Below, one piece after another: positions 1 through 7,434 of a stretch of 16,800 nucleotides of DNA. Both the position numbers and the translations under genes were made by a program. The stretch covers positions 1-16,800 of the forward strand of contig JBFEXS010000042.1 in assembly GCA_041562555.1 (NCBI GenBank), given 5' to 3'. How positions within the stretch are numbered: the first letter of the stretch is position 1; each line of letters opens with the position of its first letter. The stretch is from Sulfurimonadaceae bacterium (GTDB taxonomy: Bacteria > Campylobacterota > Campylobacteria > Campylobacterales > Sulfurimonadaceae). The notes under the pieces are model-generated. The model was not told the DNA's origin. It saw only the letters and a program-made list of their open reading frames with translations, and made no database searches.

Positions 1-207
1 AAATCCTTATGGGACGATGTTCAGTCCAAAGGTTTTTGGACTGGGTATGTAAAGAACGCCCGTAAGGGGGGAGGATTTTACTGGGTCTATGCAACGGTAC
101 TTCGTTCGGTGGATAAAAACGGTAATACAAAGTATGTTTCTATTCGTGTTAAACCTTCACGTGAAGATATCAGAAAAGCCGAAGAGCTTTACGCAACATT
201 AGATTAG
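1..207 (+). CDS. Stand-alone PAS domain protein, Aer/CetB-like (5'-truncated by window)
   Basis: Frame +1 reads KSLWDDVQSKGFWTGYVKNARKGGGFYWVYATV...YVSIRVKPSREDIRKAEELYATLD* with TAG at 205-207. The W..W.G.VKN..K.G.[FY]YWV and Y.S.R.KP motifs are typical of FAD-binding Aer-type PAS domains. The protein ends right after the PAS. The N-terminus lies outside the window. Confidence 0.85.
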   Translation, partial: KSLWDDVQSKGFWTGYVKNARKGGGFYWVYATVLRSVDKNGNTKYVSIRVKPSREDIRKAEELYATLD

Positions 208-217
208 GAGAGAATTT

Positions 218-2104
218 ATGGCAATAGTAAAAAGTGGTTCATCATCAAAAAGTGTTGCGACAACAGTTGGCGGAAGTGACAAGCGTCGTCAACGAACACT
301 GGCTAAACAACAGCAGATTTCAGAAAGTATCTCTGGTATTGCGACAAATATCCTTGACAACGCGCAAGAATCAGTGTCGGCTATCGAGCAATTAAAGTCC
401 TCTATGGAGCAGATCGCTACGGCAGCAGAAGAGAATAGTGGGGCATCAGAACAGGCGCTCAAAAATGTTAAGAGTATCAATAATAATATCACGCGTATGG
501 GAAGCAATATTGACACGGTAATCAATTCGACGGTGGCTACGGGTGATACGATCATGAATGCTGTATCCATGATCAACGGTTCGGTTGAACGTATGACCGG
601 TGCTGTTAGCATTGCTAAATCTTCTTCGACAAAGTCTGAAGAGTTAAAAGTAAGCTCACAAAACATCGGTGAAGCTGTCGGTTTTATTGCAAAGATTGCA
701 GACCAGACGAATCTATTGGCTTTGAATGCTGCTATTGAAGCATCAAGAGCAAAAGAACACGGCAAAGGTTTTGCGGTTGTCGCAGATGAGACGAGAGCAT
801 TGGCTGCTGAATCTGAGAAAAATGCAGAGTTCATTTCAGAACTGGTCAATAAGATTCAAGGAAGTATTGATTCTATTATTAAAAATATCACCAATACGAC
901 AGACATTATCGGTGAAACCGGTGATACAGCGACAGAATTGAGTGCAAAGATGGAAGAGTTGACCAAAATCGCCGTCTATTCTGTTGAAGCAGCGAAGTCT
1001 GTTTCTGCGGTGACGCAGAGTTTGGGTAATTTTGCTGTCAGTGTCAATGACGGCTCGGCTGAAATTGCGGATGCTTCCAGTCGAATCGCGCATTCAGTTG
1101 AGAAAACACTTAACGGTATAGAGATGCAGTCTGCCGCCTTGGCACAGACAGAGGGAGATATCAAGGACTTGAGCACCCTGGCGGAAGAGTTGAAATTCTC
1201 CACAGACACAGCTAAGTCGGCGGAAGATATTGCAACATCTGCGGATGCTATTAGCGGGTCTATGGAAGAGATCCAAGTTGGTTTGGAACAAGTCACGACT
1301 GCACTTAATGAGATTGAGGCTTCTTCCCACTCTACAAATACTTCTGCACTCTCTAACAAAGAAAGTATCGAAGGCGGTATAGAAGCGGCTAAAGATATTG
1401 ATAAACTGATTGAGATTGCACGTCGTAATTTTGATCTGCTTAAAACGTCATTCGGCGATGTTAAGAGTTCTATGGTCTCCATCACGAACGAAGTGTCAGG
1501 TTCTATGGATGAAGGTAAGGGTGCCAGTGATGAATTAATGGTTATTGTCAAAGAGACTAAGAATGTTGATAAAACAGTAGGCAACATCTCTAACTCAATT
1601 ATTCAGCTGAATATGCTTGCAATTTCAGGTTCGATCGAAGCAGCCCGTGCCGGGGATTTTGGAAAAGGGTTCGCAGTTGTATCAGCAGATATCCGTAATC
1701 TAGCTAAGGACTCAGAGTCGAATACTGATAAGATCAATGATACAATTGAAGGTATGAATGCCGAGATCTCGACGGTTCAAGAAGACTGGGGTGAGTTGTT
1801 GAATGGGCAGTCAGGCGAGAAAAAGCGTCTTGACAACCTTGTAGGAGAGATGGATAAGATCATTGACATGCTGATTGAACTGCTAGATCGTTATACCGGT
1901 TTAAAAGGGATCAATGATCAAAATCTTGAAGGTCTGGATTCTGTTCTTATCGGGATTAATGAGATCCAAAAAGCAGTTGAACTATCCGCAAAGAATGCCA
2001 TGGAGTCGCGTAAGGCTTCAGAACTGATTATCGAAACCATCTCACACATCGGTGAAGGCGTAGAAGAGCTTGCTGTTATGGCAGATGAGCTTCAGCAGGG
2101 ATAA
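218..2104 (+). CDS. Soluble methyl-accepting chemotaxis protein with two signalling domains (DosM-like)
   Basis: Two hairpin-tip motifs: QTNLLALNAAIEASRAKEHGKGFAVVADE at aa 163 and QLNMLAISGSIEAARAGDFGKGFAVVSAD at aa 463. No hydrophobic TM segment. Methylation-like EE/EQ pairs such as ATAAEENSGAS. RBS AGGAG at 206-210. Confidence 0.95.
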   Translation: MAIVKSGSSSKSVATTVGGSDKRRQRTLAKQQQISESISGIATNILDNAQESVSAIEQLKSSMEQIATAAEENSGASEQALKNVKSINNNITRMGSNIDTVINSTVATGDTIMNAVSMINGSVERMTGAVSIAKSSSTKSEELKVSSQNIGEAVGFIAKIADQTNLLALNAAIEASRAKEHGKGFAVVADETRALAAESEKNAEFISELVNKIQGSIDSIIKNITNTTDIIGETGDTATELSAKMEELTKIAVYSVEAAKSVSAVTQSLGNFAVSVNDGSAEIADASSRIAHSVEKTLNGIEMQSAALAQTEGDIKDLSTLAEELKFSTDTAKSAEDIATSADAISGSMEEIQVGLEQVTTALNEIEASSHSTNTSALSNKESIEGGIEAAKDIDKLIEIARRNFDLLKTSFGDVKSSMVSITNEVSGSMDEGKGASDELMVIVKETKNVDKTVGNISNSIIQLNMLAISGSIEAARAGDFGKGFAVVSADIRNLAKDSESNTDKINDTIEGMNAEISTVQEDWGELLNGQSGEKKRLDNLVGEMDKIIDMLIELLDRYTGLKGINDQNLEGLDSVLIGINEIQKAVELSAKNAMESRKASELIIETISHIGEGVEELAVMADELQQG

Positions 2105-2151
2105 GGCCTGCATATACAGTTAAGCTTAGGTGCCAATAAAAAGGAAGTGAT

Positions 2152-3561
2152 ATGTCTAAGAAAATTGAAGAAGTCTTAATCATCAAGGAGCAAGGCTGTT
2201 ATTATGGTGTGAACACGGAAGAGGTTGAACAAATCTTGCGTGTACAAAATATCACGCCTATGGCAATGACACCAACAGCTATACGGGGTCTATGTTCGAT
2301 AGAGGGGTCTATCGTCTGCACATTGGACTTTTCATATCTATTGGATAAAAAAAGCGATTTAGTAGATACTGAAGCGTTCAAAGCCCGTCAAATTACGATT
2401 CGGGCAGAAAAATACAACTTTTCCCTTCTTGTGTCGGAGGTGATCAATTCCGTGGAAGTCGATCAAAGTAAGATGGAGTATGTTGAAGATCAAGAGGATG
2501 CTATTGTCGCACTTTTGAAATATAACGATGATATTATTCAGATTGTAAGTATAGAGACCCTTATAAAGGATATTGCACTGCCTTCTTATACCTCGAAGGA
2601 AGTAAGGGATATATCGGCTGGTGGAACGGTTGATGAGGTCTCTTCTCATCTGAAACGCTATCTTTTCTTTACGATGGCAAAGGAACGTTATGCCCTTGAA
2701 GTTGATGCGATTAGAGAGATCATTTCGCTTCCTGAGAGTCTTACGGCTATTGCAGAGAGTTCAGATGAGATTTTAGGTATGATCTCACTCAGAGAGGATC
2801 TCCTGGTCGTTGCTGACCTACGCACCTATTATGATCTGGAAGCAAACAACTCAGATAAGAACCGGGTGATTGTATCTCAGCATTTGGGACGTCATATAGG
2901 TGTGTTGGTTGATGAGATCGTAGATATCCAGGATGTTGAGATCAATCGTATCGAGGGAATGCCCGAAAATTTTAAAGATAAGAAAATTGCAGGTGTCCTG
3001 CATATGGATGATACCTTGATCAGTATTGTCAATACGGAGGTGATCCGAGCTCTTGTGAATGAACAAAGTCACCTTATCAGTGATCAGGAAAAAAGTAAAG
3101 AAAAAGAGAAAGAAATCAATACGAGTGAGTCAAACCTTGAAGTTGTCATCTTTAAGATGAATAATGAAGAGTATGCATTTAATATTGACGATGTAAATGA
3201 GATCATTGATATGACAGATATCACACCTGTAGCAGATAGTCTGGAGTATATCAAAGGTGTTATAAATATCCGTGGACAAGTAATAAGTATCGCTTCTTTA
3301 TATGGTATTTTAAATATTGACGAGAACACGAAGATTGACCAAAAGATCATCATTACAAGTGTCAATGGCAGTAGTATCGGTTTTGTCGTGGACAAGGTCA
3401 ATGATGTCATGGATATTAAAGCTGACGAAGTGAAGAATGCGGATGAAGAGAGACGACTGTTCTCCAATATATTGCAATTAGATGGAGGAGACAGATTGGT
3501 TATGATGTTCGACATAGATGCTTTGATGTCTTCATTGGAAAATACTGAAGGGGTAGCGTGA
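2152..3561 (+). CDS. cheW: Chemotaxis coupling protein with three tandem CheW domains
   Basis: Three ~140-aa repeats starting YYGVNTEEVEQIL, RYALEVDAIREII and EYAFNIDDVNEII. The third has GVINIRG and IGFVVDKVNDV. Confidence 0.93.
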   Translation: MSKKIEEVLIIKEQGCYYGVNTEEVEQILRVQNITPMAMTPTAIRGLCSIEGSIVCTLDFSYLLDKKSDLVDTEAFKARQITIRAEKYNFSLLVSEVINSVEVDQSKMEYVEDQEDAIVALLKYNDDIIQIVSIETLIKDIALPSYTSKEVRDISAGGTVDEVSSHLKRYLFFTMAKERYALEVDAIREIISLPESLTAIAESSDEILGMISLREDLLVVADLRTYYDLEANNSDKNRVIVSQHLGRHIGVLVDEIVDIQDVEINRIEGMPENFKDKKIAGVLHMDDTLISIVNTEVIRALVNEQSHLISDQEKSKEKEKEINTSESNLEVVIFKMNNEEYAFNIDDVNEIIDMTDITPVADSLEYIKGVINIRGQVISIASLYGILNIDENTKIDQKIIITSVNGSSIGFVVDKVNDVMDIKADEVKNADEERRLFSNILQLDGGDRLVMMFDIDALMSSLENTEGVA

Positions 3562-4619
3562 GTAAAAAGATACTCATCGTAGATGATTCGGCATTAGTAC
3601 GTAAACAATTAAGGGATCTGATCCAGCATCTGGATTTTGAGATCGACATAGCAAAAAATGGTCAAATGGCAATAGAGATGGCATTGGAAACAAATTATGA
3701 TGTTATTACTATGGATATCAATATGCCTGTACTGGACGGCATCTCTGCTGTCAAGGAGATTATGCAAAAGAATCCTACAGCTATCTTGATGGTCAGTTCT
3801 CTGACCTCGGAAAATGCATCGGTCACCATAGAGGCCATGGAGTATGGGGCGATCGATTTCATACTTAAACCTGGAACGATGAATGTCGGTATAGAAGAAT
3901 CGGGGGAAGAAATCGTTCAAAAGATTAAGTCACTAAGCCGTATTCCCCGTCGTCGTTTAAAGACCCCGGAACAGATAGTACAAAAACGTAAAGAGAAGCG
4001 GGATGAACGTCAGAGAAGTCGGCAATTAGTTGCGGCTTCTCGTCCTTTGGATAAGATCGTACTTATCGGTGTGTCAACCGGAGGACCGGGTTTGATAGAG
4101 AAGATTGTTTCTTCTTTACCTGCGGACTATCCTCAGCCTGTCTGTATTGTTCAACATATGCCCGAGCAGTTCACACATGCCTTTGCACAAAGGTTAGCCA
4201 GGGTAAGTGACCTCCCGGTACATGAGTCCTCAAGCAATGATGAGGTGTTGCCTGGTCATATCTACCTTGCACGGGGTGGTACGCACATGCATTTTAGAAA
4301 GAAGACATCGGGCAAGATTGTTACTTTTGACGGAAATGAAAAAAATAACCGTTTTTTTCAACCTTCTGTAGATGAGATGTTTGAGTCTGCCTTGAAGGTG
4401 TTTCCTGCGAATAAGATCTTTGCCGTGTTGTTGACTGGCATTGGCGATGATGGAGCTGAAGGTATGGTGGAGATTAAAAAAGCAGGTGGGTATACCGTTG
4501 CCGAATCGGAACGTTCTTGTACGGTATACGGAATGCCAAAAGAGGCATACGAACGTGGGGGCACTTCTGAGGTGTTGGACTTTGACGACATTTTGAGTAA
4601 AATAATTAGATTTAAGTAG
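3558..4619 (+). CDS. cheB: Protein-glutamate methylesterase CheB (REC + methylesterase)
   Basis: REC motifs ILIVDDS, VITMDINMP and FILKP. Catalytic motifs GVSTGG, VQHMP and LTGIGDDGA, plus VYGMP. The GTG start overlaps the cheW stop (GTGA). Confidence 0.97.
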   Translation: MSKKILIVDDSALVRKQLRDLIQHLDFEIDIAKNGQMAIEMALETNYDVITMDINMPVLDGISAVKEIMQKNPTAILMVSSLTSENASVTIEAMEYGAIDFILKPGTMNVGIEESGEEIVQKIKSLSRIPRRRLKTPEQIVQKRKEKRDERQRSRQLVAASRPLDKIVLIGVSTGGPGLIEKIVSSLPADYPQPVCIVQHMPEQFTHAFAQRLARVSDLPVHESSSNDEVLPGHIYLARGGTHMHFRKKTSGKIVTFDGNEKNNRFFQPSVDEMFESALKVFPANKIFAVLLTGIGDDGAEGMVEIKKAGGYTVAESERSCTVYGMPKEAYERGGTSEVLDFDDILSKIIRFK

Positions 4620-4627
4620 GATAGAAG

Positions 4628-5251
4628 ATGGCATTAATTAAACGTGATCAAAAAGTAGAACAAGAGAAACTACCAGAGTTTGAGAGCTTGGAAGAGGCGA
4701 TTATCTATTATGAAGAAAATGAAGCCTTTGATAAACGTTCTTATGCGTTGGAGGAGATGGTCAAATTCAAAGATGGTCCTCATTTTCTAGTCGATAAGTT
4801 AATCGAACATGATACACACAAGGATACCGCCTCACGTATTGCGGCGGTCCTGTCGAACATGAATCCAGATGAAGCCCCTATTGAAGGGGTTATGGAGTTG
4901 CTGAAACTTTCCAATGCCTATATCCGGAACCTGGGGATTGGTATCTTGCAGGATTATGGACCTGCAATCAAATATTATATTGTCAAGTTCCTTATCGGAG
5001 ATGATTATGACCTTCGGATCTTTGCAATAAACGTGCTCGGGGATGTAAACTTTGCAGAGTCAAGAGAGATGTTAATTGAACTCTTGGAGGGTGAGGAAAA
5101 TATCAATGTCGCTATGACGGCTGTCGATTATATGGCAGAGATCGGCCAGCCTGAGGATGTTCCTCTCCTCAGAGAGGTCAAGGAGCGTTTTAAAGATGAG
5201 GCGTATGCTCAATTTGCCATTGATGCAGCCATTGAATCGATAGAGGCCTAA
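4628..5251 (+). CDS. HEAT-repeat (PBS lyase-like) protein of chemosensory cluster
   Basis: Repeated helical units NAYIRNLGIGILQ, DYDLRIFAINVLGDV and ENINVAMTAVDYMAEIG. It sits between cheB and cheR, as in F9-type clusters. Confidence 0.85.
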   Translation: MALIKRDQKVEQEKLPEFESLEEAIIYYEENEAFDKRSYALEEMVKFKDGPHFLVDKLIEHDTHKDTASRIAAVLSNMNPDEAPIEGVMELLKLSNAYIRNLGIGILQDYGPAIKYYIVKFLIGDDYDLRIFAINVLGDVNFAESREMLIELLEGEENINVAMTAVDYMAEIGQPEDVPLLREVKERFKDEAYAQFAIDAAIESIEA

Positions 5252-5255
5252 TCTG

Positions 5256-6077
5256 ATGTTTAATGCAGGGAATTTCTCAAAACTATCGGAGTTTATATAT
5301 CGTAAAAGTGGAATCTTTTTGGAAGAATCCAAGCACTATGATAAACTCGATAAGTTTGTCCATAAGCGTTGTAAAGAATTGGATCTAGACGGATTTAGAA
5401 AATATTTCTTTCGTCTTCGTTTTGAGGATCAGAACGGATCTGAGTTTCAGGAGCTCATGAATGCGGTGACAGTGAATGAGACATATTTCTTTAGAGAACA
5501 TGATCAATTTGAAGTCTTGGTCAATCATGTACTGCCTGAACTGCATAGTAAACGTTCTAGCCGTGAACCTTTGCGTATCTTGTCTGCTCCATGTTCAACA
5601 GGGGAGGAACCGTATTCTATGGTTTTATACCTTCTTGAAGAAGCAGATCTGATAGAGAAGCGTGATATAGAGATCGTTGGGATAGATATTGATTCCAATG
5701 TGATTAAAAAAGCGCAAGACGGAAAGTTTTCAGAGCGTTCTGTGCATGCTGTTCCTCCCGCACAGGTCGCAAAATACTTTAAAAAAGTCGGTTTTGCCTA
5801 TTCATTGATACCCGATCTTATAGGGGCAGTAGATTTTAAGATTGTGAATATTTTTGACAGATCAGCCATTCGTGACCTTGGCAAGTTTGATGTAATTTTT
5901 TCTCGTAATATGTTGATATATTTCGATGATGCAAGTAAAAAAGAGGTCGCAATGAATTTTTATGATATGCTTAAGCCAGAAGGATATGTTTTCTTGGGAC
6001 ATGCCGAGTATATGTCACGTATTGTCTCTGTGTTTAAAGCAAAAAAGTTTGAGAACTCCATGGTTTATCAAAAATAA
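5256..6077 (+). CDS. cheR: Chemotaxis methyltransferase CheR
   Basis: Motifs TVNETYFFRE, SAPCSTGEEPYS, GIDID, FDVIFSRNMLIYFD and FLGHAE. Confidence 0.97.
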   Translation: MFNAGNFSKLSEFIYRKSGIFLEESKHYDKLDKFVHKRCKELDLDGFRKYFFRLRFEDQNGSEFQELMNAVTVNETYFFREHDQFEVLVNHVLPELHSKRSSREPLRILSAPCSTGEEPYSMVLYLLEEADLIEKRDIEIVGIDIDSNVIKKAQDGKFSERSVHAVPPAQVAKYFKKVGFAYSLIPDLIGAVDFKIVNIFDRSAIRDLGKFDVIFSRNMLIYFDDASKKEVAMNFYDMLKPEGYVFLGHAEYMSRIVSVFKAKKFENSMVYQK

Positions 6078-6087
6078 AAAAAAAGAC

Positions 6088-6145
6088 ATACTGTGAGAGG
6101 TATTTAGATGGCTTTTACGAGCTATCTGAATACTTCTCACAGTAT
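6088..6145 (+). repeat. 26-bp imperfect inverted repeat (long RNA hairpin) between cheR and cheY
   Basis: ATACTGTGAGAGGTATTTAGATGGCT (6088-6113), loop TTTACG, then AGCTATCTGAATACTTCTCACAGTAT (6120-6145). The + strand RNA gives 23 Watson-Crick and 3 G-U pairs. Confidence 0.9.
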
Positions 6146-6172
6146 ATGATAAAGATTTAAAAGGAAAAAATA

Positions 6173-6553
6173 ATGGCAACACCAATTGTAATGTTTATTG
6201 ATGATTCTGAAACAGCTTTAGCGTCTACGCGCATGACTGTTTCATCTATGCCAATAGAAGTTAAACAGTATTTAGAAGCACAGCTGTGTTTAAATGATGT
6301 AGAAGCGGGAGTCGTGCCTGATCTAGTGATCACGGATTTGAATATGCCTGTGATGAATGGCCTGGAATTACTAAAGGCTTTACGGGCTATTCCTGCGACA
6401 AAGCGTACACCTGTGTTGATGTTGACGACGGAGACGAAGGATGAGTTGAAGCAACAAGGAAAAGCTTTGGGCCTTACGGGATGGATCGTTAAGCCATTTA
6501 ATCCAACCCAGTTGAAATCGGCAATAACAAGGGTCTTACGCCTGCCTGCATAA
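6173..6553 (+). CDS. cheY: Single-domain response regulator, CheY-like
   Basis: FIDDS, DLVITDLNMP (phospho-acceptor Asp), VLMLTTE and GWIVKPF. RBS AAGGA at 6161-6165. Confidence 0.92.
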   Translation: MATPIVMFIDDSETALASTRMTVSSMPIEVKQYLEAQLCLNDVEAGVVPDLVITDLNMPVMNGLELLKALRAIPATKRTPVLMLTTETKDELKQQGKALGLTGWIVKPFNPTQLKSAITRVLRLPA

Positions 6554-6647
6554 TCAAGGGCGTTTAGTGGAATCAGTTTACATAAGACAGGGTTTTAAAT
6601 GAGGATGGAAAGTATGGAAAGATTAGGATATATAATCATCACAGAGA

Positions 6648-7049
6648 GTGAAACATATCATGTTGTTTGATTCATTAAATGAACTGCTTGAACATATTAA
6701 ACAAGTTGAGATAGATACTATTAATATTTCTAAAGAATCACAACTGAAGATCTCTTCATTTATGGAAAGAAAAAATATTGAGCTTGATGATGAAGCGGCT
6801 GAAGCACTGCAATATCAAGATATCGTATCTCAACAACTTACAGCAACGATTGAAGCCATAGAATTGGTGCAAAAAAACTTACAGATGTTTGCACACAATT
6901 TTAAAGAAGATGAAAAAATAGCAGATGCAAGTGTGGTGAAGCTTAGATCTAAAATGGATGCTGTACTCGAGGATGCAAAGGCCAAGAAAGAGGCCTTTAG
7001 CGGTCATATAAAAGATGACTCGGATGAACATGAGATAGAGTTCTTTTAA
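6648..7049 (+). CDS. Small CheZ-like putative CheY-P phosphatase (alternative start ATG 6660)
   Basis: Helical protein with ALQYQDIVSQQL, resembling the CheZ catalytic D-x-x-x-Q motif, and an acidic/aromatic tail DEHEIEFF. It lies between two cheY genes. Confidence 0.7.
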   Translation: MKHIMLFDSLNELLEHIKQVEIDTINISKESQLKISSFMERKNIELDDEAAEALQYQDIVSQQLTATIEAIELVQKNLQMFAHNFKEDEKIADASVVKLRSKMDAVLEDAKAKKEAFSGHIKDDSDEHEIEFF

Positions 7050-7061
7050 AGGGGAATAATA

Positions 7062-7424
7062 ATGAAACGAGTGATGGTAGTAGACGATTCTAAAACGGTG
7101 CGTATGTACCATGGGTCACTTTTGAAAGAGATGGGCTTTGAGGTTGTAGAAGCAGAAAATGGGATGGAAGCGATGGAAAAGAGTTTAAACAATGATATCG
7201 CTCTATATCTTGTAGATGTGAATATGCCGATCATGGATGGGTACTCATTTGTACAAGAGATACGAAAGGAAGATGCCTATACGACAGTGCCGATAATCAT
7301 GATTACAACACAGGCACATGAAGAAGATAGGACAGAAGCCTTCAAAGTTGGGGCTAACCTTTTTGAGACGAAGCCGATCAAGCCTGAAGTCCTCAAGAAC
7401 TATCTATCTATTTTAATTCCATAG
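7062..7424 (+). CDS. cheY: Single-domain response regulator, CheY-like (second copy)
   Basis: VMVVDDS, LYLVDVNMPIMDG, IIMITT and TKP. Immediately upstream of cheA. Confidence 0.9.
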   Translation: MKRVMVVDDSKTVRMYHGSLLKEMGFEVVEAENGMEAMEKSLNNDIALYLVDVNMPIMDGYSFVQEIRKEDAYTTVPIIMITTQAHEEDRTEAFKVGANLFETKPIKPEVLKNYLSILIP

Positions 7425-7434
7425 GAGAGCGATT

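Noticed and set aside
66..71. G6 tract as a phase-variation site
   Set aside because: It is shorter than typical contingency tracts and explained by the KGG codons.
2087..2104. CheR/CheB-tethering pentapeptide at the MCP C-terminus
   Set aside because: The protein ends ELQQG with no aromatic residues. The EIEFF and DIFDF tails elsewhere also lack the aromatic at position 2 of NWETF-type motifs.
6070..6084. Poly-A run plus hairpin as a classic terminator
   Set aside because: There is no U-tract on the + strand. On the - strand the stem would carry three A-C mismatches and no convergent gene exists.
6599..6670. 23-codon ORF MRMESMERLGY... overlapping the CheZ-like start
   Set aside because: It is very short with no independent support, and is plausibly chance.
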